The notes beneath the pieces are model-generated. The model saw only the letters and a list, made by a program, of their open reading frames with translations. It was not told the DNA's origin and did not search any database. A stretch of DNA of 60,157 nt from Desulfurococcaceae archaeon. Lineage in GTDB: Archaea; Thermoproteota; Thermoprotei_A; Sulfolobales; Desulfurococcaceae. A program made the translations under genes and the position numbers. Within the stretch, counting starts at the first letter, position 1, and each line of letters begins with the position of its first letter. Below are positions 25,240 through 34,393 of this stretch, piece by piece. Where the stretch lies: assembly GCA_020833245.1 (NCBI GenBank), contig JAJHQQ010000001.1, positions 1-60,157 on the forward strand, read 5' to 3'.

Positions 25240-25474
25240 TGCATTGAGTTTGAGCTATAAGTACTGGATGTAGTGTTCGAAGACGCTGGGAAGCCATTTG
25301 TACTCGTAGTTTACAACATAGCTAATTAATTCATCACTCAGAGTTTTATTCTCGAGGTGCTTCATGAATAAGCTACTGCTATTGCCTTCGGTTTCTCACC
25401 TCTCTCCTCTCCCTCCTCTCATATAGGAACTCCTCGAAGTCAGCTGGAGTTTTAACAAATTATGTAGAGGATCG

Positions 25475-25549
25475 CGGGCCCGCCGGGACTTGAACCCGGG
25501 ACCTCCGGCTCCGCAGGCCGGCGCCCTATCCTAGCTAGGCGACGGGCCC
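25475..25549 (-). tRNA. tRNA-Arg (anticodon GCG)
   Basis: The reverse complement is GGGCCCGTCGCCTAGCTAGGATAGGGCGCCGGCCTGCGGAGCCGGAGGTCCCGGGTTCAAGTCCCGGCGGGCCCG. The anticodon loop is CTGCGGA. It is near-identical to the Arg-UCU gene outside the D, anticodon and T loops. Confidence 0.9.
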
Positions 25550-25569
25550 TGAGGGTGCCGTGCTTCTAT

Positions 25570-26229
25570 TTAGTGCTGTCTCTTTATTATTTTTGAGTAC
25601 TTGTCTGCTTCGTGTAGTGGGACTGGTAGGTCAATGCCTTCAACTAAGAGGCTTTTAACAGTGTTAACTGCATCCTCGAGGCGTACCCTGTACCCTATAC
25701 TGACATATAGTTCTCTACCCTCATGTACGAGTACTTCTCCAACGACTAACCCGTGTGCTTTAATAAGCCTCCTCCCGCTTGGATCCACAAAGACCTCTCC
25801 GTAGAGGTGTTTCTTAGCGACACCTATACTTGGAACTCCTAGTACTAGGCCTAGGTGTGTTGCTATTCCAAAAGATCTCGGGTGTGTGAGCCCGTGCCCG
25901 TCAACTAGTATTATCTGCGGCTTAGTAGTTAAGTGCTTATAAGCCCTCATATAGCCCGGCACTTCTCTAAATGCTAGTAGCCCCGGAATATAGGGTACTT
26001 TCACCTCGACGATCGCGTGTTTTCTCTCAATAACAGCTCTCCTAACGTAGTCGTATAGTACTACGACAGCGTATTGCTTAGAGTTAGCGTATGCTGAGTC
26101 AAACGCGGCTACGTAAGTTAAGTTACTGTAGTCTAGTGGCGGGGTACTGGGCAGTTCTCTCAGAACCCTAGTTGAGAGCTCTTCTTGAAGTCTCTTAGCG
26201 CGATCAGTACTAAACAACACTTTCACCAA
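25570..26229 (-). CDS. nfi: Endonuclease V
   Basis: Motifs VAAFDSAY, LLAFREVP, LVDGHGLTHPRSFGIATHLG, PSIGVAKK. Confidence 0.9.
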   Translation of the reverse strand: MVKVLFSTDRAKRLQEELSTRVLRELPSTPPLDYSNLTYVAAFDSAYANSKQYAVVVLYDYVRRAVIERKHAIVEVKVPYIPGLLAFREVPGYMRAYKHLTTKPQIILVDGHGLTHPRSFGIATHLGLVLGVPSIGVAKKHLYGEVFVDPSGRRLIKAHGLVVGEVLVHEGRELYVSIGYRVRLEDAVNTVKSLLVEGIDLPVPLHEADKYSKIIKRQH

Positions 26230-26274
26230 GCACTATTAAAATAAAACGTGCTTCTCTAAAATCTAGGTGTCTAC

Positions 26275-26835
26275 ATGGCTTACACAATAGAGGACTTAGC
26301 ATACGTGTATGGAGAGCTAGCAAAGAGAGGTGTAAAAGCAGTTGTAATAGGAGATACAGTAGTCCAGGTTTTCCTCGAGTACAAGAAGCTAGAGGGAGAC
26401 GTAGACTTATTTGTACTAGAACCCAGCCCACTAGTAGAGCGGGAATTCTACGAGAACCTAGCACGTGAATTGAACTGGAGCGTTTCCTCAACGGAGATCG
26501 GTACACCAGCACTAGTAGTAGAGCTTAGAGAGGGACACCTCGTCGTCGAGTTGTACGAGAACTACATGGACGTCGAGATACCAGTCGAGATCATTGAGAG
26601 CGCGGGAGAAATAAGAGTTCACGGCGAGAAAATCCCCCTAATTAAACCAGAGCACTACCTCGTGCTCAAGGCTAGACAGGGAGTTGACGTAAATAAGCTT
26701 AAAAAGTACATCTCCGAGCTTAAAGCCAAGGGGGTATTAAACAAGAAGCTAATTGAGCAGACAATAAGCTTATACCCTCCAGGGGAGCAGAGAGTCATAG
26801 CTGGAAGACTAGAAGAAGCCGGGCTTAAACTCTAG
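26275..26835 (+). CDS. Hypothetical protein (possible nucleotidyltransferase fold)
   Basis: GDTVV...GDVDLFV is reminiscent of the minimal nucleotidyltransferase G-x-x...D-x-D motif. Weak evidence. Confidence 0.3.
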   Translation: MAYTIEDLAYVYGELAKRGVKAVVIGDTVVQVFLEYKKLEGDVDLFVLEPSPLVEREFYENLARELNWSVSSTEIGTPALVVELREGHLVVELYENYMDVEIPVEIIESAGEIRVHGEKIPLIKPEHYLVLKARQGVDVNKLKKYISELKAKGVLNKKLIEQTISLYPPGEQRVIAGRLEEAGLKL

Positions 26836-26921
26836 TCAACGTGGTGTTTAAAAGCCCAAGTAATGATTTAGAGAGTCACGGCGCACAGCATACAGGCCTA
26901 GAGGAGCAGGGGTGTATCGAG

Positions 26922-27098
26922 GTGCCATTAACAGACCCAGAGTTAATGAAAATAGTTGAGGAGAGAGTCTTAAGGAAAAAAGTGTGTAGAAAGTGCGGCG
27001 CGCTCAACCCTCCCGAGGCAGTGAAGTGTAGGAGATGCCGGTCTAAGGGGACTTTAAGGCCGAAAAAGATCCTTAAGGGAGGACCTAAGACAAAGTAG
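26922..27098 (+). CDS. rpl40e: 50S ribosomal protein L40e
   Basis: [31 protein letters not shown] zinc ribbon. The start was trimmed to GTG 26922 (58 aa). The track start 26841 adds a non-conserved extension. Confidence 0.85.
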   Translation: MPLTDPELMKIVEERVLRKKVCRKCGALNPPEAVKCRRCRSKGTLRPKKILKGGPKTK

Positions 27099-27099
27099 T

Positions 27100-28548
27100 T
27101 TAGCCTTTAACCACTCCTATGGGTACAAGCCTCACTACGGGCTTAGATATCTTAGTCTTCTCAGCGACAAATACGACTTTATCGACGTCTTTATAGGCTT
27201 CAGGAGCCTCTTCGCTAACGACTCTCTTCGTAGCGGCTCGTACAGCTATACCCTTTCTCTCTAACTCTGCTATTACGCGGTCTGGTGAGTAGGATCGAAT
27301 AGCCTCTCCTCTACTGAGCCACCTCCCGGCACCGTGGGGTGCACTATACCAGGTTCTAGCCCCCTCAGGGATGCCTACTAGTATGTAGCTCGCTGTACCC
27401 ATGCTCCCGGGTATTAGCACAGGCTGCCCAATAGAGCTGTAGTCTGCCGGTATATCTGGGTGTCCAGGTGGAAAGGCCCTCGTAGCGCCTTTTCTGTGTA
27501 CTACAACTCTGTATTTCTTACCGTTAATTACGTGCTCTTCTACTTTAGCAATATTGTGCGCTACGTCATATATAGCCTCAAGCCCCAGATCCTCAGGGTC
27601 TCTCCTAAATACTTGCTTAAAGCTCTCTCTAACCCAGTGAGTTATAATTTGACGATTAGTCCACGCGAAGTTAGCCGCCGCGGCCATGGCGGCAAAGTAG
27701 TCCTGGGCCTCGGGGCTCTTAAAGGGTAGTGCTGCCAGTTCTCTGTCTGGTACGCTTATACCGTACTTTCTCATAGCCCTCTCCATCACCATTAAGTAGT
27801 CACTGGCTACTTGGTGACCTAGTCCTCTACTACCAGTGTGAATCATCACTGCGACTTGCCCGACGTGAGTAATCCCGAGGACTTTAGCCACCCCTGGATC
27901 ATATATTTCGTCGACAACCTGGATCTCTAGAAAGTGGTTACCTGCACCTAGAGTACCAAGCTGCTCATGCCCCCTCTGCTTAGCTACTTTACTCACCTTG
28001 TCTGCTCGAGCACCCTTCATCGCGCCCCTCTCCTCGGTGTGCTCAGCGTCTCTCTCCCAGCCGTAGCCGTGCTCAATAGCCCACTTCACACCGTGCTCTA
28101 AGACCTCGTCTAGGTCTCTTATTGTGAGCTTCAAGTAGCCTGTTGAGCCAACACCACTAGGCACGTTTTTGAAAATCGCGTCCACGAGCTCTCTTAGCTT
28201 ACCCTTAATGTCCTCGAGGGATAAATTTGTCCTGAGGACTCTAACGCCACAGTTAATATCGTAGCCAACTCCACCCGGGCTTATTACCCCTTCCTCGAGG
28301 TTAAAGCCGGCTACACCTCCAATTGGGAAGCCGTAGCCCTGGTGACCGTCTGGCATTACGTAAGAGTACAGCTCTATTCCAGGTAAGCAGGCAACATTAG
28401 CGGCTTGCTCTAGTGTGAGATCACTCTCCATCTTCTCTAGTAGGTACTCGTCAGCGAATATTATCGCATCTGTCTTCATGCACGGCTTTGCTCCAGCCGG
28501 TATTCTCCACTCGTAATCTCCAATTTTCTCGAGCTTTATTCTAGTCAA
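27100..28548 (-). CDS. rtcB: RNA-splicing ligase RtcB
   Basis: Conserved RtcB blocks PDGHQGYGFPIGGV, GGVGYDINCGVR, HTGSRGLGHQV, APHGAGR; 482 aa with no intein. Confidence 0.95.
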   Translation of the reverse strand: MTRIKLEKIGDYEWRIPAGAKPCMKTDAIIFADEYLLEKMESDLTLEQAANVACLPGIELYSYVMPDGHQGYGFPIGGVAGFNLEEGVISPGGVGYDINCGVRVLRTNLSLEDIKGKLRELVDAIFKNVPSGVGSTGYLKLTIRDLDEVLEHGVKWAIEHGYGWERDAEHTEERGAMKGARADKVSKVAKQRGHEQLGTLGAGNHFLEIQVVDEIYDPGVAKVLGITHVGQVAVMIHTGSRGLGHQVASDYLMVMERAMRKYGISVPDRELAALPFKSPEAQDYFAAMAAAANFAWTNRQIITHWVRESFKQVFRRDPEDLGLEAIYDVAHNIAKVEEHVINGKKYRVVVHRKGATRAFPPGHPDIPADYSSIGQPVLIPGSMGTASYILVGIPEGARTWYSAPHGAGRWLSRGEAIRSYSPDRVIAELERKGIAVRAATKRVVSEEAPEAYKDVDKVVFVAEKTKISKPVVRLVPIGVVKG

Positions 28549-28626
28549 GAGACAACACCTCTACACTTAGTTTACTCTTAAATCCCTTATTACTCGCTCT
28601 AAAACCTCACAATAAAAGTGTGGCTT

Positions 28627-29919
28627 TTAACTACTTCCACTACTCGAGTTTAAGAGACTTGGAAGAGCATTAATGTCAACTAAGACCTGCTCACCAGTCT
28701 TCATGTTCTTAACTACTACTTTACCCTGTTTATACTCAACACTACCAATAATTACTGCGAAGTCGCACCCCACTCTATTAGCGTACTTTAATCCCTTAGA
28801 GAGCGAGTTAACTCTGTACACAAAGCCCTTGAAATTCGAGGGTATTAGCCTCAGAACCTTGTAGCCCACTGATATAGGAACGTCTCGAAGTACTAGTACA
28901 CTAACACTCCTGGCTTCTCTTAGCTGAAAGTTACTGGATAGCACAAGTGCTATTCTATCAATTCCAAGTGCAAGTCCAGTAGCGTACTCGAAGGGGCCAC
29001 TATACACAGTTGTTAATCCATCATATCTACCACCACCCCCAATACTAACCTCGAGTTCTCCGCCAGCAGTCTTGTACTCGAATATTAGTCCAGTATAGTA
29101 CGCTAACCCCCTAACTAGCCTCGGACTATAAACTACCCTGTAACCTAGCTCTCTGAGAGCACTAGTAAACTCAATTACTCTCATGTGTTCTTGAAGAGTC
29201 TTCTCGTACAAGTCGCCCAGATAGCTCTTTAAGTCCTGTAAGTAGCTCTCAACGCTATCAACACTCTCAGCTGAGAGCAGCTTAGAGGTGACTTCTGCGG
29301 CGATATCACCCCCTCTAGACTTCACTTCTTCAACAGCTTCGTCTACTTTCTCCTTGTCAATTAAGTGTAAAATGTGGTCTTGTGCCTCCTCGTCAATATT
29401 GAAACTCCTCATAACGTTCCTGTACAATGCTACGTTGCCAACTAGGTAGAAGTGCTTAACGCCAATGGACTCGAGGAACTCGCTAGCTGTCACCGCCGCG
29501 CCGAGATCAGCGTTCACGTCCGGGTCTCCTATAACCTCTAAACCACCCTGCCAGAACTCTCTATACCTCGCGTACTGGGGCTCTTCGTACCTAAAGCACT
29601 GAGCCAAGTAGTACAGTTTTACTGGTTTCGGCTGAGCTCTAAGTAACCTAAGATATACTCTCACAATGCTCGCGGTTACTTCTGGTCTCAGAGCGAGTAA
29701 TCGACCAGCCTTATCCTCGAAGACGTACATAGACTTCTTTACTTCCTCCCCGCTCTTGACCTCAAATAGCTTAAAGTACTCAACAGTGGGCGTTATAACT
29801 GGCTGAAAGCCCCTGCTTCTCGCTACTCTCCTGAACTCTGAGAACAAGTACTCGTATAGCTCAGCCTCAACACCCGTAATATCGCGCATTCCACGTGGAG
29901 GCAGGTACTCACTACACAC
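28627..29919 (-). CDS. hisS: Histidyl-tRNA synthetase
   Basis: PRGMRD motif, class II motif 2 (CFRYEEPQ..RYREFWQ), and GGGGRYD at motif 3. Confidence 0.95.
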   Translation of the reverse strand: MCSEYLPPRGMRDITGVEAELYEYLFSEFRRVARSRGFQPVITPTVEYFKLFEVKSGEEVKKSMYVFEDKAGRLLALRPEVTASIVRVYLRLLRAQPKPVKLYYLAQCFRYEEPQYARYREFWQGGLEVIGDPDVNADLGAAVTASEFLESIGVKHFYLVGNVALYRNVMRSFNIDEEAQDHILHLIDKEKVDEAVEEVKSRGGDIAAEVTSKLLSAESVDSVESYLQDLKSYLGDLYEKTLQEHMRVIEFTSALRELGYRVVYSPRLVRGLAYYTGLIFEYKTAGGELEVSIGGGGRYDGLTTVYSGPFEYATGLALGIDRIALVLSSNFQLREARSVSVLVLRDVPISVGYKVLRLIPSNFKGFVYRVNSLSKGLKYANRVGCDFAVIIGSVEYKQGKVVVKNMKTGEQVLVDINALPSLLNSSSGSS

Positions 29920-30453
29920 TTAAGTCACCCTCAAATCGGCCTGTGTCACCTCGTAGTATGTCAGCTCACCCTGTAAGCTCACAATAGCCAGTGTTGCGAG
30001 CATGTTGTTTCTACGCGCCTCCTCAACTAGTTTCTCGAGAATATCAATGTTAACAGGGCTCTTCTCCTCTAAAATAAACACTAGTCTCAGGTGACCACTC
30101 TTATCTTTAACGAGGAACTTCATAGGCTCTAGAATTCTCACTCTCCTACCCCTATCACGCAGATCCTTGAAGACAGAGAGCATAGGCCAGAAAAGGCCCT
30201 TAAAGCACTCACTGTGGGATCTTACGAGGTCGTCTAGACTACTAAGAGTACTGTTACCAGCAACAACCTTAGCGTGACCAGAGAGTAGCAGATACGATAC
30301 CTCAACGAGGTCTAAAGTAAGTCCACTGCCTTCACGCTTACCAAACCACCTCTCATACAACTCTCTGGCAGCCTCTCCCTCAACATACCCCTTGCAGCTA
30401 CTAGCTTCAAATACTATGGTGTAGCCTCTCGTAGAGTTCTTCAAATGAAACAC
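29920..30453 (-). CDS. tRNA-splicing endonuclease family protein, probably the non-catalytic (structural) subunit of the crenarchaeal heterotetramer
   Basis: EndA-like length and layout (YLLLSG...VFKDLRDRGRRVR...). At the positions I align to the catalytic Tyr/His/Lys triad I read F...H...N, so it is likely non-catalytic. It abuts the hisS start with no gap. Confidence 0.55.
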   Translation of the reverse strand: MFHLKNSTRGYTIVFEASSCKGYVEGEAARELYERWFGKREGSGLTLDLVEVSYLLLSGHAKVVAGNSTLSSLDDLVRSHSECFKGLFWPMLSVFKDLRDRGRRVRILEPMKFLVKDKSGHLRLVFILEEKSPVNIDILEKLVEEARRNNMLATLAIVSLQGELTYYEVTQADLRVT

Positions 30454-30465
30454 CTACTTGAAACC

Positions 30466-30753
30466 TTAATTAAATCCCCTCTCAATAAACCTTACTACTA
30501 TTTTCTCCCTCGGTAAAACGCTAAGAACCCTATACGCGACCTCCTCGTCATCGCAGAGTACATCAACTAGGCCTTCAATACGCGAGCTGTAAATGACTAT
30601 TACTCCCTGATCGCACTTGTACATAGATGCGAATTCGTGATCCTCTGCTTTCAGCATTCCTATTAGAGTACAATTACTCAGCGCGCTTACGATTCTCTCA
30701 TATACCTCACTACTCCAATTAGCCACGTCTATGAGTATGTGTTTCTTTACCAT
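30466..30753 (-). CDS. Hypothetical protein (95 aa)
   Basis: ORF in the same operon direction as the EndA-like gene and hisS. No motif recognised. Confidence 0.3.
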   Translation of the reverse strand: MVKKHILIDVANWSSEVYERIVSALSNCTLIGMLKAEDHEFASMYKCDQGVIVIYSSRIEGLVDVLCDDEEVAYRVLSVLPREKIVVRFIERGFN

Positions 30754-30794
30754 ACTAGTCGTACACCAGCGAGACTCAGGAATGTGTAATGAGA

Positions 30795-31097
30795 TTACAC
30801 GGTGAATAGTTCTTCTAAAATCTCTCTTAAAGACATTTTCTCCACTAATTGTACCTTTACACCCATATCTTCAATCGCGCTTTTCACGTCTTCGGGTATA
30901 GACGCTGTTACGAAAACCCAGAGATCAAGACCCTCATCATCCAGTATATCCTCGAGGACTCCTATATCACGAGGCTTCTTCACCTTGAACATAACGGCTT
31001 TACTATCCATGTCGTAAACTACGAGCTCCTCTGCGTCCTCGTACCCTGTAACATAATCTCGCTTACAAGTAAACACTGCTACAGCCAAATTAAACAA
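30795..31097 (-). CDS. Hypothetical protein, possibly with a NifB/NifX-like (dinitrogenase FeMo-cofactor-binding fold) domain
   Basis: About 100 aa with a pattern VAV......E.LVVYD...GLDLWVFVTASIPEDVKSAIEDMGVKV resembling PF02579 members. Weak evidence. Confidence 0.3.
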   Translation of the reverse strand: MFNLAVAVFTCKRDYVTGYEDAEELVVYDMDSKAVMFKVKKPRDIGVLEDILDDEGLDLWVFVTASIPEDVKSAIEDMGVKVQLVEKMSLREILEELFTV

Positions 31098-31154
31098 CCA
31101 AGCCTGAAATTGTTATAATAGGCTTTTATACTCACAGTAGAGGTGTCGCGTTAA

Positions 31155-32027
31155 ATGCTACTAGTAGAGGTTAGTAGTAATAGAATAAGAGAGCTTGCTA
31201 AGTATCTAAGGCCGTACAGAGACGTAATAGTTAACCTATACAGGAGAGATCCACAGTACAGTGCTGTAGAGAGCCTTTTGAAGACTAGAGGTTGTAGTGA
31301 GGGATTTGTCCTCGCACTTGTAAACGCCTTGGTCTCATATCAGCTTAGTATGCCTGGTGAGCAGTACTGGCTAGAGTTTGCTGAGTACTTTAGCGAAAAC
31401 AGGAATTTGAGCTACTACGAAGCGTTTAGAGACTTCTTATCAACGCGCTCACCTAGACTACTCGAGCAAAAACTACGTAGAATTAGGAGTATTCTAGGCT
31501 CAGGTCTCTTAGAGGAGCTTCAAGAGGATCCAGCCAAGTACTGTCAAAGTATTGTGAAATTAGTAGAGAAATTGGCAAATACACTAAAAGCAAGCCCACA
31601 GTCTAAAACTCTGCTCTTTGCTGGTAAAATCTACGGCTACATCTGCAATCTATGTGGACTCAGGCCTAATTACAGTGGATTAAGTATACCAGTCGACTAC
31701 AGAAACTCTCTACTAGCACTAGCGAGCTGTATTATTACAGTTAGAGGCGAGCAGGTAACAGCTGAGAATATTTCTACTTATGCGAGGAAGATTCAAACTC
31801 ACTACTCTAAGCTAGTGCAAAGAGCTTGGGAAGAACTGTGCAGAGAACTAGAAGTCCCCTGTGTCCACCTAGACACGCTGACATGGCTAATTACAGGCAT
31901 TATCACCAGATCAGAGTGCAGTCTAGAAAAAGCTGGTCTCTACGCACGGCAAGCTCTAAGCGTAGATCTACCGGTAATAACACTGCGGGAATTAGTGAAG
32001 TGCTGGTGTGTAGACGGTGTGTCTTGA
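31155..32027 (+). CDS. Archaeal 8-oxoguanine DNA glycosylase/lyase (AGOG family)
   Basis: LVNALVSYQLSMPGEQYWLEFAEYF, SKTLLFAGKIYGY, IPVDYR and VHLDTLTWLI match my recollection of Pyrococcus/Pyrobaculum AGOG. Confidence 0.75.
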   Translation: MLLVEVSSNRIRELAKYLRPYRDVIVNLYRRDPQYSAVESLLKTRGCSEGFVLALVNALVSYQLSMPGEQYWLEFAEYFSENRNLSYYEAFRDFLSTRSPRLLEQKLRRIRSILGSGLLEELQEDPAKYCQSIVKLVEKLANTLKASPQSKTLLFAGKIYGYICNLCGLRPNYSGLSIPVDYRNSLLALASCIITVRGEQVTAENISTYARKIQTHYSKLVQRAWEELCRELEVPCVHLDTLTWLITGIITRSECSLEKAGLYARQALSVDLPVITLRELVKCWCVDGVS

Positions 32028-32619
32028 CAGAGTAGACTTAGTAGTGAGAATTACTCGAGTACTCTACGATAAGTCGTTTGATCACGGATTACAACACGTA
32101 AATAGGGTTCTCCGCTGGGCAAAGAGAATCACTAATCACGAGAACTTAAAGGTAAACAAGGATGTTCTAATAATAACAGTGTTTCTCCACGACTTAGGAC
32201 GCCTAGTAGGTGAGCCACACGCTTATTATTCTAAAGTCATAGCTGAGTACATGCTTGAAGAGCTGAATTGCCCCAGTAGTTTAAAGCAGGAAGTAATAGA
32301 TGCTATTAGTGCTCACAGTTTTAGCTACGCTGTAGCTAGAGGCATTAGTCCTAAAAGTGACCTTGGCAGAGTACTAAGTGACGCGGATAAGCTGGACGCA
32401 CTTGGAGTAGTAGGGTTTTTAAGGGTATTTCTATATGGTGAGAGAGAGCAGAGAGATCTTGAATACTCAATTAGACACTTCCATGAGAAGATCTTTAACC
32501 TAAAACACCTACTATACTACGAGTACTCTAAGAGAGTAGCGGAGAAACTCACGGATAGAACTATGAAACTTTTAGAGATTTTAATGAGGGAATTAAGTGT
32601 AAAGCATATTGGAGGTTAG
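32017..32619 (+). CDS. HD-domain phosphohydrolase
   Basis: H...HD motif (LQHVNRV...FLHDLGR) and a downstream DADKLDALG. Confidence 0.7.
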   Translation: MCLDRVDLVVRITRVLYDKSFDHGLQHVNRVLRWAKRITNHENLKVNKDVLIITVFLHDLGRLVGEPHAYYSKVIAEYMLEELNCPSSLKQEVIDAISAHSFSYAVARGISPKSDLGRVLSDADKLDALGVVGFLRVFLYGEREQRDLEYSIRHFHEKIFNLKHLLYYEYSKRVAEKLTDRTMKLLEILMRELSVKHIGG

Positions 32620-32621
32620 AG

Positions 32622-33488
32622 ATGAGTTTAAATATAGCGAAGAGCCTAGTAGAGGGCGCTGTGCTAGGTCTTAACGCCTACATTAAACCTGGAGGTGTTC
32701 ACAGATACACACCTGGTACTTTGTTCGACGAGGTCCTCTGCAACCTGGTCTCAGCTATTGACAGCATAGTAGACGCTGTAGAAGTAGGGAGTAAAGTCAA
32801 GAGAGGCGAGATTGCTGCTAGTAGTATGGGATACAAGAAGCTACTAGTAGACCCCCTTAAAGAGCTGTTTCGTTCCTGTAGTGCTGTTCATCCACAGTAC
32901 GTTATCCCCCTCATAGCCGGGGGTACTGCACTGGGTTTAAGTGGTGTTGAGAGTATATTAGAGGAGAGCTCTAAGTTTAAGAAGGCACTGGAACTAGTGG
33001 TTACTAGTGGCTTGTGGAGCGACGTTAAACACTTCATTGAAACCCTGAGAACTATTGGTAGACTAGACATGTATGATCACCTCAGAGGCTCCGGATACGC
33101 GGATATAGCTATTTTAAAGTCTTCAACAAGCTTAAACGAGGTACTCAAGGCACTTGGATCCAGGTGGAGAGGATTTCTCGTAGTAGAAGTACAGGAGGGG
33201 CTTATATTCACATACCTGAAAAGGCTTCAAGAAATATACAAAAACGTGAGAAATCTCTTCCACAGTGTAATTGCTCTGTACATGGATATTATTAAGTCAC
33301 AGTTACCCCCACAATTAGCTGAAAAAGCTAAGAGTGCTGAGCAGTGTGGCTACATGAAAACAGTAGACTGTGCGAGAATTATGTATGAGATTGATACTGC
33401 GCTTCGAAAAAGCAAGTTACTATTTAGTGATGCAAGTGAAGTTGTAACTGTAGTAGCGGCGTTTGGCTATTTTGAAGGCTTCAAGTAA
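32622..33488 (+). CDS. CitG-like (triphosphoribosyl-dephospho-CoA synthase family) protein, tentative
   Basis: IKPGGVHRY near the N-terminus and a C-terminal SDASEVVTVVAAFGYF resemble the archaeal CitG-family KPGNVHR / GTSADL..A blocks. Divergent. Confidence 0.35.
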   Translation: MSLNIAKSLVEGAVLGLNAYIKPGGVHRYTPGTLFDEVLCNLVSAIDSIVDAVEVGSKVKRGEIAASSMGYKKLLVDPLKELFRSCSAVHPQYVIPLIAGGTALGLSGVESILEESSKFKKALELVVTSGLWSDVKHFIETLRTIGRLDMYDHLRGSGYADIAILKSSTSLNEVLKALGSRWRGFLVVEVQEGLIFTYLKRLQEIYKNVRNLFHSVIALYMDIIKSQLPPQLAEKAKSAEQCGYMKTVDCARIMYEIDTALRKSKLLFSDASEVVTVVAAFGYFEGFK

Positions 33489-33493
33489 GATCT

Positions 33494-34198
33494 TCACGTA
33501 CTTATTAAAACGAGCTTTCGCCTAGCTGGAAGTGACACGTTGTATACCGTGACACCATGGACCTCTATAACCTCGAGAGCCCCCATATGCGCGTGCCCGT
33601 GTATAACTATGTCTACTAGGCCTTTTTCAAGCACCTGTTCAAGTCTTGAACAGGCTAAGTATGGGTGAGTCTGGGGGTCTTCTCCGACTAGGTTCTTATA
33701 TGTTACCCCATAGTGAGATACAAGTATTATCTTATTACACTTCAATGCTCTGAGTTGCCGGGCTATTTCCTCAATTTTACCTGGCAGCTCCTTGTACCTC
33801 TTCTCAAGTAGTGGCATTTTGCGCTGTTGCCATGTTGTCAACTTATCGAGAGCGCCTCTCGTGCCAATAATGCAGACTTCTTCTCCGCCGAACGTGTCCC
33901 TGAGATAGCTGTCGTTTAGCCAAGTAATCTCTCTGTATACTGACATGTAGAGTTCCTCGTAGCCTAAGAACTCCTCGTTGCCAAAAACGCTAACTATTCT
34001 TGTACCTGGAAACTTCTGCTTCACCGCGTTAATAACGGGTCTTAGTGCGACAACATTATTCCTTTTAACCATATCACCAGCGAATATCACCACATGGGGG
34101 TTAACGTTAACCTGGTTAAGGGATTCAAGAAACAACTGGAGGTTTTCGGGGCTATGTACATCCGATGTCGCTAAAATCAACACCTCTATAATCACCAA
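33494..34198 (-). CDS. Calcineurin-like metallophosphoesterase
   Basis: Motifs SDVH, GDMV, GNEE, HGHAH in canonical order. Confidence 0.75.
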   Translation of the reverse strand: MVIIEVLILATSDVHSPENLQLFLESLNQVNVNPHVVIFAGDMVKRNNVVALRPVINAVKQKFPGTRIVSVFGNEEFLGYEELYMSVYREITWLNDSYLRDTFGGEEVCIIGTRGALDKLTTWQQRKMPLLEKRYKELPGKIEEIARQLRALKCNKIILVSHYGVTYKNLVGEDPQTHPYLACSRLEQVLEKGLVDIVIHGHAHMGALEVIEVHGVTVYNVSLPARRKLVLIST

Positions 34199-34393
34199 TA
34201 AACAGGCGTAGTGACAGGCATTTCTCCCGTAAATTAGCTTTTATCGCCGCCGTGCCATTTAAATGTTAACTCACAGTTAAAGACTTTTACTACTGAGTAA
34301 TCACACACGTTTCTAACTACCCAGGAGAACACCAAAAGGATTACTATGTCTTTTTAAACCCCTTAAGCGTGTTTATTGTAAAGGTGCTCAGTA

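Noticed and set aside
25264-25380. 38-codon minus-strand ORF (MKHLENKTLSDELISYVVNYEYKWLPSVFEHYIQYL) and a CTGAGTGATGA motif at 25329-25339, which also occurs at 55490-55500
   Set aside because: There is no TATA box or Shine-Dalgarno sequence upstream and no recognisable family. The GTGATGA has no D box within 60 nt downstream. The shared 11-mer is most simply a coincidence of D-like and C-like boxes. It is kept only as context for the AT-rich region finding.
25008-25474. Possible replication origin (ORB-like TTCCACGCGAGGTG next to AT-rich DNA)
   Set aside because: The match to the ORB/mini-ORB consensus (TTCCAGTGGAAA...) is poor, only one copy is present, and no orc1/cdc6 or whiP gene is adjacent. 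This cannot be supported from sequence alone.
24384-25549. Integrated element at tRNA-Arg(GCG)
   Set aside because: There is no integrase fragment, no direct repeat of the tRNA 3' half, and only one small ORF. At most it is a highly decayed remnant.
26210-26512. 100-aa minus-strand ORF
   Set aside because: It is antisense to 26275..26835 and overlaps the nfi start. It is Leu/Arg-rich, which is typical of shadow ORFs.
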